Origin: Octopus vulgaris
Lineage: Eukaryota
Length of the DNA stretch: 64,000 bases
NCBI GenBank assembly: GCA_951406725.2
Contig: OX597830.1
Span: forward strand, 7,068,001-7,132,000
Reading direction: 5' to 3'
Part shown: positions 40,570 to 55,049 of the stretch, piece after piece
How the letters are laid out: each line of letters opens with the position of its first letter
Position numbering within the stretch: position 1 is the stretch's first letter
Program-made: the position numbers and the translations under genes
The notes under the pieces: generated by a model
What the model saw: the letters and a program-made list of their open reading frames with translations, nothing else
Told to the model about the DNA's origin: nothing
Databases searched by the model: none

Positions 40570-40689
40570 ATTATAATTTAGGGTATCTAAGAGACACCAC
40601 CACGCTGGAAATAGCAGCCAAGATTTTGAGTCAAGCTTTGGCTGCTATTTCCAGCGTGGTGGTAACACTTAGATACCCTAAATTATAAT
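40570..40689. repeat. Hairpin / inverted repeat, ~52-bp arms, ~16-nt loop
   Basis: ATTATAATTTAGGGTATCTAAG..ACCACCACGCTGGAAATAGCAGCCAA versus TTGGCTGCTATTTCCAGCGTGGTGGT..CTTAGATACCCTAAATTATAAT. Confidence 0.92.
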
Positions 40690-40778
40690 GTTTATATATA
40701 TATACATCGTTTATAGTTTTTGTGTGTGTACAAGTACCATATACATATATGCATATATAAGTGCATTATGATGATGAC

Positions 40779-40809
<31 letters not shown>

Positions 40810-41022
40810 CTGATGTTGATGATGATGATGATGATGATGTGGCGCACACAGTGCTTGAGTGATGCAGACAGCTTCTCGGTTATTAACTTGTTTGTGTGAA
40901 TAAACTGCTTAATAAGACTTCCTGTATTGATCCAGCACAATGAATGTTGGGATTAAAAATACAACTTGTGGAACAAGGTTAATAAGTGCAGTGGAAGAGG
41001 ATAAACAGTGACATATATATGC

Positions 41023-41077
<55 letters not shown>

Positions 41078-41569
41078 GATAGATAGATAGATAGATAGAT
41101 ATTTATAGTATGTATGCACTCATTCATACGCATAGATTTGGAATCACGTATCCTCGTTTTCTTCATCTTCATCTTTGGTTGTCATCGTCGAATTTATCAC
41201 CATCATCTCCTTCTCTGCCATCAATGTTATGGTCATAACCATTATTGCCAATATCAGTTTTATCGCTACCACCAGCGTCACCGTCGAAACTACCACCATG
41301 ATGATGATAATCATCATCATCATCATCATCATAAATATCATCATCACCATCATCATCATCATCATCATCCTCATGATTCCCTTCCTCCTCCTTATCATCA
41401 TCATTATCATCCTCATGATCATCATCATTGACCTGGGGTTAAGCAACAACGCGGTTGCAGACACTAGATTGTTACAACAGTGACCCTCTGACGATGTGTT
41501 CTCACTCTGTCTGGCCTAGGGTTAAAAAAAAATAATCCATTTTTGAAGTAATAGTTCCTAGGTCTTCAA

Positions 41570-41781
41570 GTAGCGAGCTGACAGTCATCAGCAGCCCTGT
41601 GCGGACAAAATGCTAAGCGATATTTCGTCCGTCTTCATGTCCTGACTTCAAATTCCACCAAGATCGTCTTTGCCTTTCATCTTTTCGAAGTCGATAAAAT
41701 AAATACCAGTTGGATACTGAGATCAATATAATCAACTTAACCCTCCCTTAAAATTGCTGGCCTTGTGCCAAAATTTGAAAC
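41570..41781 (+). mobile_element. SINE family B, diverged
   Basis: GCGAGCTGACAG...TTCAAATTCC...GTCGATAAAATAAATACCAG...GCTGGCCTTGTGCCAAAATTTGAAAC. Confidence 0.82.
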
Positions 41782-41834
41782 CTATATTTTCTCCATCTTA
41801 GACTTCTTACTTCACCCTGGTCATATTAATCAAT

Positions 41835-42300
41835 ATTAAGACTAGCACTATATTTATTCTTTAACTGTTCATGACTGGCACAGACTTATGATTATGACTA
41901 ACACTGTACATTGCACTTAAGGTTTATGAGTATCACCACACATGTTTCTTATAGTTTATGACTGATGTATATCAGAGTTTATGACTGACTCCGTTCTAAT
42001 AGCTTAGTATTACGACTGATGCCATACCTATTACTTAAGGTTACAACTGACACTACACATTAAAGATATGACTAACATATTTTATTACTAATCCATACAT
42101 ATTACCGAGAATTTATGACTGATATTATTTTTAGTACTTACGATTATAATTAAGACCAAGATTACTACAGAGTGTTACATCCAACACCATATTTATTAAG
42201 ATTATAATGAACACCACATTTATTCCGTTATGTTTATGAGAACATACTTGTAATTCAGAGTTTACGACTACTCCGTACGTATTACTCGGAGTTTATGACA
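41835..42300. repeat. Degenerate minisatellite, ~30-bp period, core TTATGACTRAC
   Basis: TTATGACT-like cores recur more than 10 times; the array resumes at about 42575-42660 after a SINE insertion. Confidence 0.7.
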
Positions 42301-42329
42301 GATAAAAATATGATGAATTAAAAATCTTT

Positions 42330-42570
42330 CATTCCGTCGCTTACGACAACAGCGATTCCAGCTGAGCCTGCTTATGAAATTCATGTGTAAGTGGCTTGGC
42401 TCTCCATAGACATGCGTACCCATAAAGTAGATCTCGTGTAAATTCCGTGTGACACAGTATGTGACAAGGCTGATCTTTCCTGTTACAAGCACATCTCATT
42501 TTTGCTGGAGGACACAACGTTCTGCTGGAAATCGAACTCAGGATCTTAAGGTCGTGAGCTGAGGACCCTT
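42330..42570 (-). mobile_element. SINE family C, internally deleted
   Basis: TTCCGTCGCTTACGAC...GTGACAAGGCTG...GGACACAACG...ATCGAACTC. Confidence 0.8.
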
Positions 42571-42813
42571 ATTACGTCTAATACCATACATATTACTTCG
42601 AACTTAACACTGAGTCCATACATATTACACAACATATCGTAACGAACACCATGAATATTCACAAAACACCACGTTATAAAGTCGGTCAGAAATTTCAGAT
42701 TTATTTGGGATTAAATATTATACACCCCCTGGAGAGGAAACAGTTCAGGAAAATACGAAACACCCCGTTGTTAGATGATATATAGGCAATGCAGGTTTGA
42801 AGTTCTCCTCGCA

Positions 42814-42886
42814 TTAATTAGTGTCTCAAACACCGTTAATTAATGTCTCAAACACCGTTAATTAATGTCTCAAACACCGTTAATTG
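42814..42886. repeat. 22-bp tandem repeat TTAATTAATGTCTCAAACACCG x ~3.3
   Basis: Directly visible, with no spacers between units. Confidence 0.9.
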
Positions 42887-43105
42887 ATGATGTGCTAGTG
42901 CCCTGAGAAGTTTTTGAATTATTCATAATCCATCCAAGAATCGAACCCATTAACGAGTATCTCGCACCTGTAGATTCTGTAAACCACGGCCCTGTGGATC
43001 TACAAGATTCTACCGTCCTTTATCCTTCTTGGACTAGCAACCATGCCTTCCTATGTCGGCTCAAATACACCTGGTACAGTTACGAAGATTAGTGTGAAAT
43101 ATATA

Positions 43106-43556
43106 GGCGCAATCGTAGATGTGTAGTAAGAAGTTTGCTTCCCAACCACATGGTTCTGGGTTCAATCCCACTGCGTTGCACCATGCGCTAGCTTTTTTTA
43201 CTATAGCTTTGGGCTGACCTTGGAGTTTCTACCATTGTAGATGGCAACTGAAAACAGTCTCTCGTGAATATGTATGAATATATGTTTGTGTGTGTGTGTT
43301 TGTGCGCGTGTGTGTGTGTTTGTGCGTGTGTGTGTGTGTGTGTGTGTGTGCTTTTGTCCCCCTGAGACTGCTTGACAACCATTGTTGGTGTTTTTACATT
43401 CCTGTAACTTAGTGGTTCGGCAAGAAGAGAACGGTGGAATAGGCATCAAGCTTTTAAAAAAGAAAGTAATATGTAATAGAGTAAATTCATTCGAGTAAAA
43501 AATACAAGACGGTGCCCCAGCATGGCCGCAGTCTAATGACTGAAACAAGTAAAATA
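43106..43556 (+). mobile_element. SINE family A, full length, diverged
   Basis: GGCGCAATCGTAGATGTGTAGTAAG...GGTTCAATCCCACTGCG...CCAGCATGGCCGCAGTCTAATGACTGAAACAAGTAAAA. Confidence 0.88.
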
Positions 43557-44999
43557 TAAAATGTGTTAACGTTATAGAAATCAATAACGTATATGGTGAT
43601 CGATCGCCGAATCGATAGATTATCTTTAGCTGCATTCAGATAAGTACATTTAGATTCTTAATTCAAACTACCATCGGAGGAGGCGGGAATTTGATTAGGA
43701 CGTTTTATCCTTACATTTTCAATAAAATAACGAGCAAGCTGTTGTTGTTGTTTTTGTTGTTGTTGTTGTTGTTGTTGATGATGATGATGATGATGATGAT
43801 GATAATGACGATATTGTTGTTTAGGCCCAGATCAAATCTGATCCCTGAAACCACTGACCACTGACCACAGACATTGTACTTGTGATCATTCAGTCATGTT
43901 CCTAGGCATTGCAAATCTGAGACAAACGTGGTCAAATTCGTGGCACTCGATCGGCTTGTGGGCCTTTATGCAATTTGGATGAGGCACAAAATGCGTGTCC
44001 AAAAATTTCGCCATGCAGAAAAATTCGGCGTATGGACAATGATAAAGCACTTTTTAAAATAAAGAATGATAAAGGGATTTATAAAAAGCATTAAACATGC
44101 AAGCTTTTATTTAACGTCAAACATTAATGAAATGTGAAGTCATTTAAAACGAAATTTCTTTTGTTGAATTTTGCTATGACAAAAATGTTTCCGGCGAAAT
44201 TCTCTATAACCCAGAAAATGTGCTTAAATAAAACGTAACAATTCTTCAGTCAACGTTTGTAACATAATCATCTTTATGATTAGCTTAGCGGTGTATATGG
44301 CGTTATGGTCAGTTTGGGTCAGTTTAGGTCAGATCAGATTATTACCTATTTGATATTATGTAGGCCTGTAGTATCTGTCTCCTGAACGAATCGTTGCATG
44401 ACTGGGCCAGTCAAGCCGGCTGGGTTTCCTGGGTGGGAGTGGGGTTGGGGTTGTGGTCCAGCCTCCAGCAGACTAGAAAACAAACCTTGTCCGACAAACC
44501 AAATGGCGAACGATTCCTGGAGGGGGAAAGCTAGGAGACACCAAGTTACCTTTTGTAACCCTGCCTAATGGCATCATGAATTTGAAATACCAGACCCGAT
44601 CGCTCGGAGCCCATTGGCTGATGTCCGGAAAAGATAGGCAGAAGTGTTTGCTTTTCTCAGTATGAACCAGAGACCCGTTCTACAATGTCCATCTTAATTT
44701 ATATCTTGTCTTCTGTGTACCATGAACGGTTCTTAAGTTATTCATATAGGCATGCAACCCTTTTTACAGTTAACAAAATCTCATAAGATCTGTTGTTGGC
44801 AAAAGGTTACCCCTGGGGACTGCATTATATGATAAATCCTACTTTCCTAAAAGCTAAATTGGATTATGAAGTCAGAATTGGTTGCTCTTCTTCGAATAAG
44901 TAAATATTTTCTCATTAGATTGAATTGATACCAGTTATATAATGCGTCGAAGTCTTCATTTATAACCGTTCCTCCTTTCTACATGTGCTACTGTCTACT

Positions 45000-45306
45000 T
45001 CTTTCACGTGATCGCATAATCGACCAGAGTATCGGATGTTGCTATACATCGCTGGTCACAATGCACTTTGTATTGTTTTATCTTTCGAATGATGCCACCC
45101 GGCTGGCATACTCATGCAGGGCAACATTCTCCCTGATCGGAAGTTTTGTCTGTTGCCGTGTTACCCATATACAGCTGAGCGGACTGGAGAAACGTGAAAA
45201 GAAGTGTTATGTTCAAGAACACAACGCGCTGCTTGGTTCGAGAATCGAACCTACGATCTAGCGATCGTGAATACAACACCCTAATCTCTAGGCCACGTGC
45301 CTTCAC
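45000..45306 (-). mobile_element. SINE related to family C (shared tRNA head, different body)
   Basis: The minus-strand head GTGAAGGCACGTGGCCTAGAGATTAGGG...GGTTCGATTCTC is followed by TTGTGTTCTTGAAC; a similar element occurs at about 62850-63075. Confidence 0.7.
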
Positions 45307-46240
45307 CGTCTACTTATCTACGAAGTAACAATTGGAGATGATATCAGGAGAGGTTCCGTTAATAGCGACGTCGATAAGGTGTGGGAGATGCTAGAAGAGC
45401 GCCGAACTAGATGTGTGATGCTTTGTTAGATATGTGCCTCTTACTGTACGAATTCGAGTTCAAATCACACCGCGCTCAATTTCAGTTTTGATCTTTTGCC
45501 ATGGGACAATAAAACAAGATGTCGGCTCCGCAACAAACGTTGGTATGGTGCTTGACGGAATAAAATTCAATATACAGAAATGGCATCATGAGTAGAACGA
45601 CTGACAAAATACCTTGCGGTATTGAATTACGTCTCCAGTTCAAATCCCGCCAGTGTTGAATTTGCGTTTCAGTTTCTCGGGGGTCTATAAAATATAAAAA
45701 ATAAAAGAGTCGGATACTAGGTGTGAATACAAGTAGCTCTACCCCCTGTAATCCCATATGTAGCATTTGTGCCACTATAAATCAACACATATCAGTTTTA
45801 CGAATCGTTATGAAGACATGCCATTAATAGGTACCTGGTGCGGTTTCATGCCCAGTCTGATACTCTTTTTTTGCCTTTCACTCACGGTAACAATACAGTT
45901 AGAGATAAAACATTAATGTCACATAATCAATAAATACCTGCTGAGTCATATCCAATGGAAGTTTTAAAAATTAAGCGGGTGGTACACACATGTAAGAGAA
46001 GTCTGGCAGTCTGGTTTCGATTTTAAGTAGTTACAGTTATGTTACGTGAAATGATATTTTCAGAATATTTATAAGAATTACGTAAAACACTCAAAGAAAG
46101 AAGCTGATTTCTCCAGCCATATTAGGTTTTGAACATCAACAACAACATAACTAAATGAATATAATTAGTTAAATAAATGCGATGAATTGCTGAAACTTCG
46201 AAGTTCCTGTCACTCATCTTCTGGCAAAAGTATATATTTG

Positions 46241-46639
46241 TTTATTGCCCACAGGGGGCTGAACATAGAGGGGACAATCCAAAGGATTAAATCTAATATA
46301 TCGAGCCCAGTGCGTAAATGGTATTTATTTCATCGAGCGCGGAAGGATGAAGGGCAAAGTCGACCTCGGCGAATTTAAACTCAGAACGTAACGGCAGACG
46401 AAATACCTATTTCTTTACGACCCACAAGGGGCTAAACACAGAGGGGAACTAACAAGGACAGACAAATGGATTAAGTCGATTATATCGACTCCAGTGCGTA
46501 ACTGGTACTTATTTAATCGATCCCGAAAGGATAAAAGGTAAAGTGGACCTCGGCGGAATTTCAACTCGAAACGAAGCGGCAGACGAAATACCGCTAAGCA
46601 TTTCGCCCGGCGTGCTAACGTTTTTGCCAGATCGCCGCC
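46241..46639 (-). mobile_element. SINE family B dimer
   Basis: Two successive CCCACA(A/G)GGGGCT...GCAGACGAAATACC units, ending GCCAGATCGCCGCC. Confidence 0.88.
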
Positions 46640-46736
46640 CTTCTGGAAAAAGTATGAGACAAATGTTCTACAAAAGATATTGAGGAATTCTTCAGGTTAG
46701 TGTTAAATTGTGTTTTATTATAAAGCAGCATCAGCA

Positions 46737-46931
46737 TGGGTGAATTGGTCGCACACTGGGTAAAATGCTTATCGGCATTTCGCCTGTCTTTACATTTCTG
46801 AGTTCAAATTTAGCCGAGGTCGATATCGCCTTTCATCTTTTTGGGATTCGATAAAATAAGAGCAGTCTAGAACTGGAGTCTTGTCATCGAATCCCAGCAG
46901 CCTTCAAAAACTGCTGACTTGAGCCAAAATT
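46737..46931 (+). mobile_element. SINE family B, diverged, opposite orientation to its neighbour
   Basis: AAAATGCTT...GAGTTCAAATTTAGCCGAGGTCGA...GATAAAATAAG. Confidence 0.78.
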
Positions 46932-47035
46932 TAATATTATTATCCTCATCAGTATAAGATTAATAAACGGAATCTCAGAAATTTTGATAGTATGTATGTG
47001 TGCGTTTATACAGACATACATACATACATATATAC

Positions 47036-47096
<61 letters not shown>

Positions 47097-47131
47097 CTAA
47101 TATATTCATATATATATATATAATCTAATGC

Positions 47132-47188
<57 letters not shown>

Positions 47189-47611
47189 GTACGAAGCATT
47201 AGATTATAATTCTTCTGCATAAGTTGTGCTCCATCTTTGTAACTCACTCGCCATTAAATAATAACAGCAAAGTAATAAACGAAATATATATATAAAAAAA
47301 TAATAAAACGTACAAAAACTAAAGCAAGAAGACTTTTGAAACAATAAATGTCGGGAAATGTTTCGTTTCGAGAAGCATATGGCAAAGATATTCAAAGAGA
47401 CTGTATGAGAATTTGCCAGAGAGGAATGTATGTATGTTTATAAATATTTATGTATAATCAAAGAGAAAAAAGAGGAGAAAAGAAAGGAAAATGCAAAAAT
47501 GGTGCTTATATAGATTTTCTCGTATTTCCTGTAAATCTCTTAGAATGAAGATTACATTAGCATCTTTACCTAGCTGGAATAATAATGTGTTACCAGTTTC
47601 TTCTCCAAGAT

Positions 47612-47649
<38 letters not shown>

Positions 47650-47889
47650 GGTGTCTGTGCATGTTTGTGTGTTTGTCTCAGTGTGTCTTTGCATATGACA
47701 ATACGGTTCTTACGTTGTGTGTGTGTGTGTGTGTGTTTGTGTGTAACGTTGTGCATACGTGATTTTGAAGAATAAGAATATGGTAATGCATTGTTGCAAT
47801 CAGGCAGGAATGGAAATGTAATTTCTATTCGAAGAATTACAGAAAATATTAGGAAATCTATGAGCACAATATGTGTGTGTGTATGAGTG

Positions 47890-48085
47890 CGTCTGTACTT
47901 ATATATGTATATGTGTGTGTGTGTGTGTGTTTGTGTACTTATCTATGTGTATGTGTGTCTGTACTTATATATATGTGTGTGTGTGTACTTATATGTGTGT
48001 GTCTGTACTTATATATATATATATATGTGTGTACTTATATATATATGTGTGTGTGTTTGTGTACTTATATGTTTGTATGTCTGTA

Positions 48086-48139
<54 letters not shown>

Positions 48140-48210
48140 TGTGCACTTATATATGTGTGTGTGTTTGTGTACTTATATGTGTATGTGTGTGTGAGTACTT
48201 ATTTATATAT
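47890..48210. repeat. Compound minisatellite [GTACTTAT(AT)n(GT)n] x ~11
   Basis: A GTACTTAT anchor recurs, separated by variable AT/GT runs. Confidence 0.85.
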
Positions 48211-48640
48211 GTGTGCGTGTGTGTTTATGTCCATTATATATATGCACTTACGTGTATATAATATACATGCAGGTGTATAAGATATATAATGCGTGTGTGT
48301 GTGTGAGGAGAGAGATATATGTAACTGTCGATATGCCTATGTATTGTATGTATAATACATACACATATATATTATGTATTTAAAATATATTTATAATATG
48401 TGTGGGTTCGTGCGCGCGTGGTTTCATACATTTAGTTTAAATGGCTTCGAGTCGTTATCTATATCATGTTGCAGAACCCCTCAGCTTGGCGCCAAGTGAT
48501 TCATGCAGCAGAAACAGCTGTAAGCTGGTGAAAGCGATTACCTAACTCCCGTTCTCTTGTCATTTGTTAATTCATTGAATATTTCAAATATTTACTCTAG
48601 ACCACGTGCATGCTGAGTTCTCGTACTAAATAATAATATA

Positions 48641-48878
48641 CAGGTTTGGTCATAAGTCACCCGACACTAAATCAAAATTCCATAAATACCGTCTCTAATT
48701 CTGTATTGATGACTCGAATGGAAAAATGGTGTCGCTCAAGAAGAACTTCAGATTTGATCAATTTTTGTGATGTTCCATATTTAGATACTTTTATTAAAAT
48801 TCATTCAGTTGTTAAACATAAATAAATTTTGGAATTAAATGGTTTTGATTTACTGTCAGGTGACTTTTGACCAACCCA
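48641..48878. mobile_element. Tc1/mariner-type MITE
   Basis: Terminal inverted repeats of ~37 bp: TA|CAGGTTTGGTCATAAGTCACCCGACACTAAATCAAAA ... TTTTGATTTACTGTCAGGTGACTTTTGACCAACCCA|TA. TA flanks, no coding capacity. Confidence 0.8.
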
Positions 48879-48943
48879 TATATGTACATTTATTGCCGTT
48901 GCTATGTACCTATGTAAGAACATGCATGTGGATGTAAGTGTAA

Positions 48944-48978
<35 letters not shown>

Positions 48979-49255
48979 AATTACATTTGCATATTTTAAT
49001 TATATTTTTCAAAAGCCAAAAACAATGCAAATTATGAACAATTAATTATACAACTAGTTGGTTAGTGGTTTTGCTTGGTATTTCAATATTAGATATTGAT
49101 ACAACGGATAAATTTAGTAACGAAGGAACCACATCATTTATTTCTTATAACTTACATTCTTTTGCCTTTCAAAAAAACAATAATTAAAAACATCTATGTA
49201 ACTATCTATCTATCTCTCTCTCTATATATATATATACTTATTTATATATATACAT

Positions 49256-49375
<120 letters not shown>

Positions 49376-49484
49376 GTATAAATGTATAAGGCCAAAAAAT
49401 TAAGAAAATATTTGTGAAACAGTATCGAAACCTTATTTCAAGTTACATTGTGTTGGTAGATTCTGTCTTCCCTATTTATCTTTA

Positions 49485-49579
<95 letters not shown>

Positions 49580-50108
49580 TGTGTCAGGCAATGCTTCATC
49601 AAATCGACAAAGCAATAACCAATTATCTTATAAACTCCAGTATTTATATATATTTATATATAGGTCTCTTCTTGTGTCTAGGGTGGGTCATTATGCCAAT
49701 GATAATTAAAATATACACACTCACTGGTTCAATAACTCTTTATTTTACCAACTAACTATCCAATAGTTATGTTTAATGTGCTGATTGAATAATCAATCGG
49801 ACTTCAGTTTTTCTCTGTCAGAGCAATTTCGTTGCTATTAGCGACCTCATTAATGACATGTCTTCATTCTTCAGTCTGAACAGTGACGACTTTTCAACAA
49901 CACATAAAAGAAACCCTTGGATAGTTAGTTGGTAACAGAAGGAAGTGGTATAGAACCAGTGCGTGTGTTTATTTTAATTTTCGTTATCATAATAACCCTC
50001 CCTATATGCACTACGAGATTTGTTTCAACCTTCGAATTCCCATCAAGATTCTTGAAAACCATATACAAAAAACGAAGTACATACATACATTACAAATACA
50101 CATACATG

Positions 50109-50246
50109 CGACGGGCTTCGTTCAGTTTCCGTCTTCCACATCCACTCACAAGGCTTTGACACTTGCCCAAGGTGCCACGCAGTGGGAATGAACCTAGAAC
50201 CATATGGTTTGTAAGCAAGCTGCTCACCACACAGCCACTCCTGCGC

Positions 50247-50247
<1 letters not shown>
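50109..50247 (-). mobile_element. SINE family A, 5' half
   Basis: Ends CACCACACAGCCACTCCTGCGCC, followed by (TA)n. Confidence 0.88.
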
Positions 50248-50327
<80 letters not shown>

Positions 50328-50383
50328 TAGATTGAGAGAGAGAGCGATACACACACATATATATACATATATATATGTGTGTA

Positions 50384-50488
<105 letters not shown>

Positions 50489-50499
50489 ATATATGTATG

Positions 50500-50531
<32 letters not shown>

Positions 50532-51273
50532 TACATATATGTATTTCCAAATGTAAAGAAACCACAAAGATGAGATATAACAACGAGAGACAGGATAATG
50601 TAGAAAATATACGAATATAACATTGTATCTTATATATTTGTGTTATAATCCTATTGGCGTTGGTTTGTTGTTTAACTTCGTATGAAACTTAATTCTTGTC
50701 AATAACCTTCCATCCGTGCCCATTTAGTCTCCGGTTAATCATCATAATTCCGTAATTGTTTTATCCAAAATTGTTGTAATTGTTGACTAATGCCATATCT
50801 ATTTCTGGTAAACCGAGCCATTTATATGCTTGTGTGTGTGTGTGTGGTTCAATTTCTAGTACACGTGTGATCGAAAAGTTAAACAACGAAAGCGCTTACC
50901 CACAACAGGTAAAATAGGAAAACTATTTTCCAAAAGGCTTGTGTCATTGATTTCTTCAAATTTGTCTTCCTTTTTTCAGGTGATAACTTTTAAGAATATT
51001 TTTATTTTCAAATGTTTTGATTGCATTTCGGATATTTTTTCAAAAGCTTTTCCATAAATGTATAACTGTATGTATGTATGTGCGTGTGTGTGTTAGTGTG
51101 TGTATGTCTGTATGTTTCTGTATGTGGTAGTGTGTGTGCGTGGGCGTGCGTACCTATAAATATAAATATAAATATATATATCTACATGTATGTATATATG
51201 TATATATATATATATACGTATGTATATGTATGTATATATTATATATATAAATGTATGTATATACACACTCACT

Positions 51274-51305
<32 letters not shown>

Positions 51306-51478
51306 CATATACAAACTCGATTTTTCGCTGCTTGCTATCTTCCTCGTTTACCCTTTCCCGACAAGTTGTTGTGCACGTGATCACCGTGTATAATAAGCTC
51401 ATTATTATTAGTTACTACTGTGATATATATATATAGAAAAACACACACACAAACACCACAAACACATAAAAAATTTAA

Positions 51479-51521
<43 letters not shown>

Positions 51522-51639
51522 CACACACATACATATGTACGTATATATATATACGTATACACAAAGACATTTATTTATTTACAGATATATACAGGTATAC
51601 GTACACACATATACGCCTGTATATATATATATATATACT

Positions 51640-51672
<33 letters not shown>

Positions 51673-51920
51673 ATATATATACACATGCGCAGGCATACAC
51701 ACATGTTGGGTATATAAATACATAAGTCTATTAATAAAAAAACATCAATTAAGTCCACAAAGTGTAAAGCTGTTTTGATGTTTAAACCTTGAAGTTTAAG
51801 TGCCTCTGTCTGTGTGTCTGTCTCTGTGTATCTGTCTTCTTCCCCTCTTTTTCGAAAGACATACATACCCGTACACATATAAACACATGCATACACATAA
51901 AAATACAAACACACACACAC

Positions 51921-51954
<34 letters not shown>

Positions 51955-52315
51955 ATACATACACACACATATGTAAGTATATATATATATTTATATATAT
52001 ACATGTATATCTGTGTATGTGTATGTATATAAATAACACATCCGCACACTCATACTTATATATATACACACGTGTGAGTTTGTGTGTACAGCTATGCATA
52101 TTTTTGTAAGTGTGTCTGTGTATGTGTGGGTATTTGTGTGTGTGTCTTGTGTATTGCCTCTGTGTGTAAGTGCATAACCAGGTAGAATTGATTACAGGTA
52201 GATGATGGTGAGGTGGAAAATGCTTTAAATTCTTAGTCAACCATCTTTGTTTCCTTAATTTTTTTTTGTATTTACCGTTATTATCGTTACCATAACAAGA
52301 GTTGTTTTTTTAGTA

Positions 52316-52452
<137 letters not shown>

Positions 52453-52829
52453 TGTTTGTTTGTTTATTTAATTATTTATATATTTATTTATCTATTTATT
52501 TATTTCGCTAACAATAGCCTGGTATGTTTGTACGGAGTTAAGTAGGCAGACCCACAAATTTTCAAGTACAAACACACTCGCTCAGACACACACAATACGT
52601 TAAGCCATGTTGCGTCTTTACTTCGACTGAATGTCAACAGGGATAAACACGGCTCCTCAACATATCTTTATCTATCTATCTTTCTATCTATTTATCTATC
52701 TATTTTCTTATTTATCTATCTATTTTCTTATTTATCAACGTATTATCTATCTATCTATCTATCTATTTATTTATCATAATACCGTTCGTCTATGTAGCTA
52801 CCAATCCATTTAGTACTATCATTCTATGT

Positions 52830-53125
<296 letters not shown>

Positions 53126-54376
53126 GTGTCTGTCTACCTGTCTATCAGTCTCTCTACCTACACATTTACCTGTCTATCTCACCACATGTATATACACATA
53201 TACACATATGTATCTACATGTCTTCATACATAAGTACACACATAGACGCGCACTCACACATGTACTAACACACACATGCACACACTCACCTCTAACCACC
53301 CACCCCACATATATATTTGAATAAACATAGATTTATTGTTATTTACAAGTTCATATCTTATAAGAGCGTAAAGAAGAGACAGACATACTACACCCCATCT
53401 CACACACACCCCCACACACACACGCACCCTAAAGCATATTTTATATGTATATTTTTTATCCTTTTTTCCTTTGCTAAATCATAAAATATAAATATGAGTC
53501 TGTATCTATTTGATCTCTTAACAACGATTCCAATCAGCTTCCTAATTGTATTTTGGTTTGATTCCTTTACGGTTATTCTCCTTGCCATTCTTACATTTTG
53601 GTGAAGGATTTCCAAGAGGAAACGGTGGGAATGAAACAAAAAAAAGTCTACCGAGTTCAAGATTTGTCATTTGATATCACATTCATTAAGGTGTAGAATT
53701 AAATTTGACGGGAATTAGTGTTAAATTTTGTGATCTTGAGAAGCTGTCTTAAAAGCAATATGGGTGCAGAAAAGGCTTGTGGTTGCGAGGTTAAAGAATG
53801 CTTCTTTCAAACCTCCCGTGAGATTTTGGGCTTATCAGAACGATAAAGCATTTTTGTCAAGCATTGTTCTTGTAAGTCAGTCTCGCATCAGCTTAACCGT
53901 TTACAATAAAGATATTTGGTGGAATGTGACTGTGTTTACAGCCCGCCATGTATTTCTGTATAATAATATCCGATGTAAATAAACGTTGGTTGGTTGGTTG
54001 GTGGATGTGTCTACTCGCACTTTACAGGGAAAGGAAGAGAACAAGAGAGTGAAAGAGCGATAACAGGAATTTTAACATAACAAGTGTAGGAGGAGTGGTG
54101 AGAGAGAATCATAGAGACAGAGTAAGAGGAACAGAGGTAGTAAATATCAGATTTGATGGAACAAGGACCGGAAGAAATTGGTTTTCTCTAATTTATAAAT
54201 GATAAATATTTTTCGCTTAAAACTTAAGATACATTACATGGTTTTCTAGAAGTACAAAAAAATTTGAATTGAGTTATAATTACTATATGCTTATCATATT
54301 TCCTAATATTACCCAGGGTGGCACAGAATTACCTATTATATGACTCGGAGTATTCAAGTATGTAATTGTGTGTGTA

Positions 54377-54416
<40 letters not shown>

Positions 54417-55049
54417 CACACACACATACATGTATGTATGTGTGTATGTGTGTGTGTGTCTCCTTCTAGAGGGTGTCTTAATCTCAGAACGCAGTGAGAA
54501 CCGGTACATGCGAGCAGAAAGTGCCTCAAATAAATTTCCGACCGATTTATCTCCTCTTTGCGCTTCTACTGTACATTTTCGTATCTTAGAAGATCGATGC
54601 CACAAAAACCAGACAGAGTATAGGGATCGATATATTTGAGTGAGCACCTTGAAGGCGATGCCCCAGCATGGCCGCAGTCCAGTGATTAACAATCAATCAA
54701 AGAAAAATACACATGTATCGGAAGTTATCGATTTTACCACCATCATCCCCCCAAGTTCTCTTGCGAATTCCTGATCGAATGTAATCGATATTGGTTTTTG
54801 ATCGATTTGGCAAATATTTATCAAGTGGAGAGGTTTTTTTTCTCTTTTTTTTCCGTTCCAGCCTTGACCAAGAATTGTAGAGTTTCACAGCCAAAATAGA
54901 ATTATTCTAAGCTGAAATCAAACCAAGAACTCTGGAATGCGTCTAGCGAAAGTTATGCTGTTGATGTAGAGTGCCTGATTTAATCGATAGAATTTCTTCT
55001 GACTCCAGGTGTTCTGTGAGTGCAAAAAGAATCGCTTAAATTCCATTAA

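Noticed and set aside
42814-42886. 22-bp repeats as a CRISPR array
   Set aside because: The units are contiguous with no spacers, the context is eukaryotic, and there are no cas genes.
43919-44640. Possible hAT termini or LINE 5' UTR
   Set aside because: Only a vague resemblance; no matching TIR pair or TSD could be verified.
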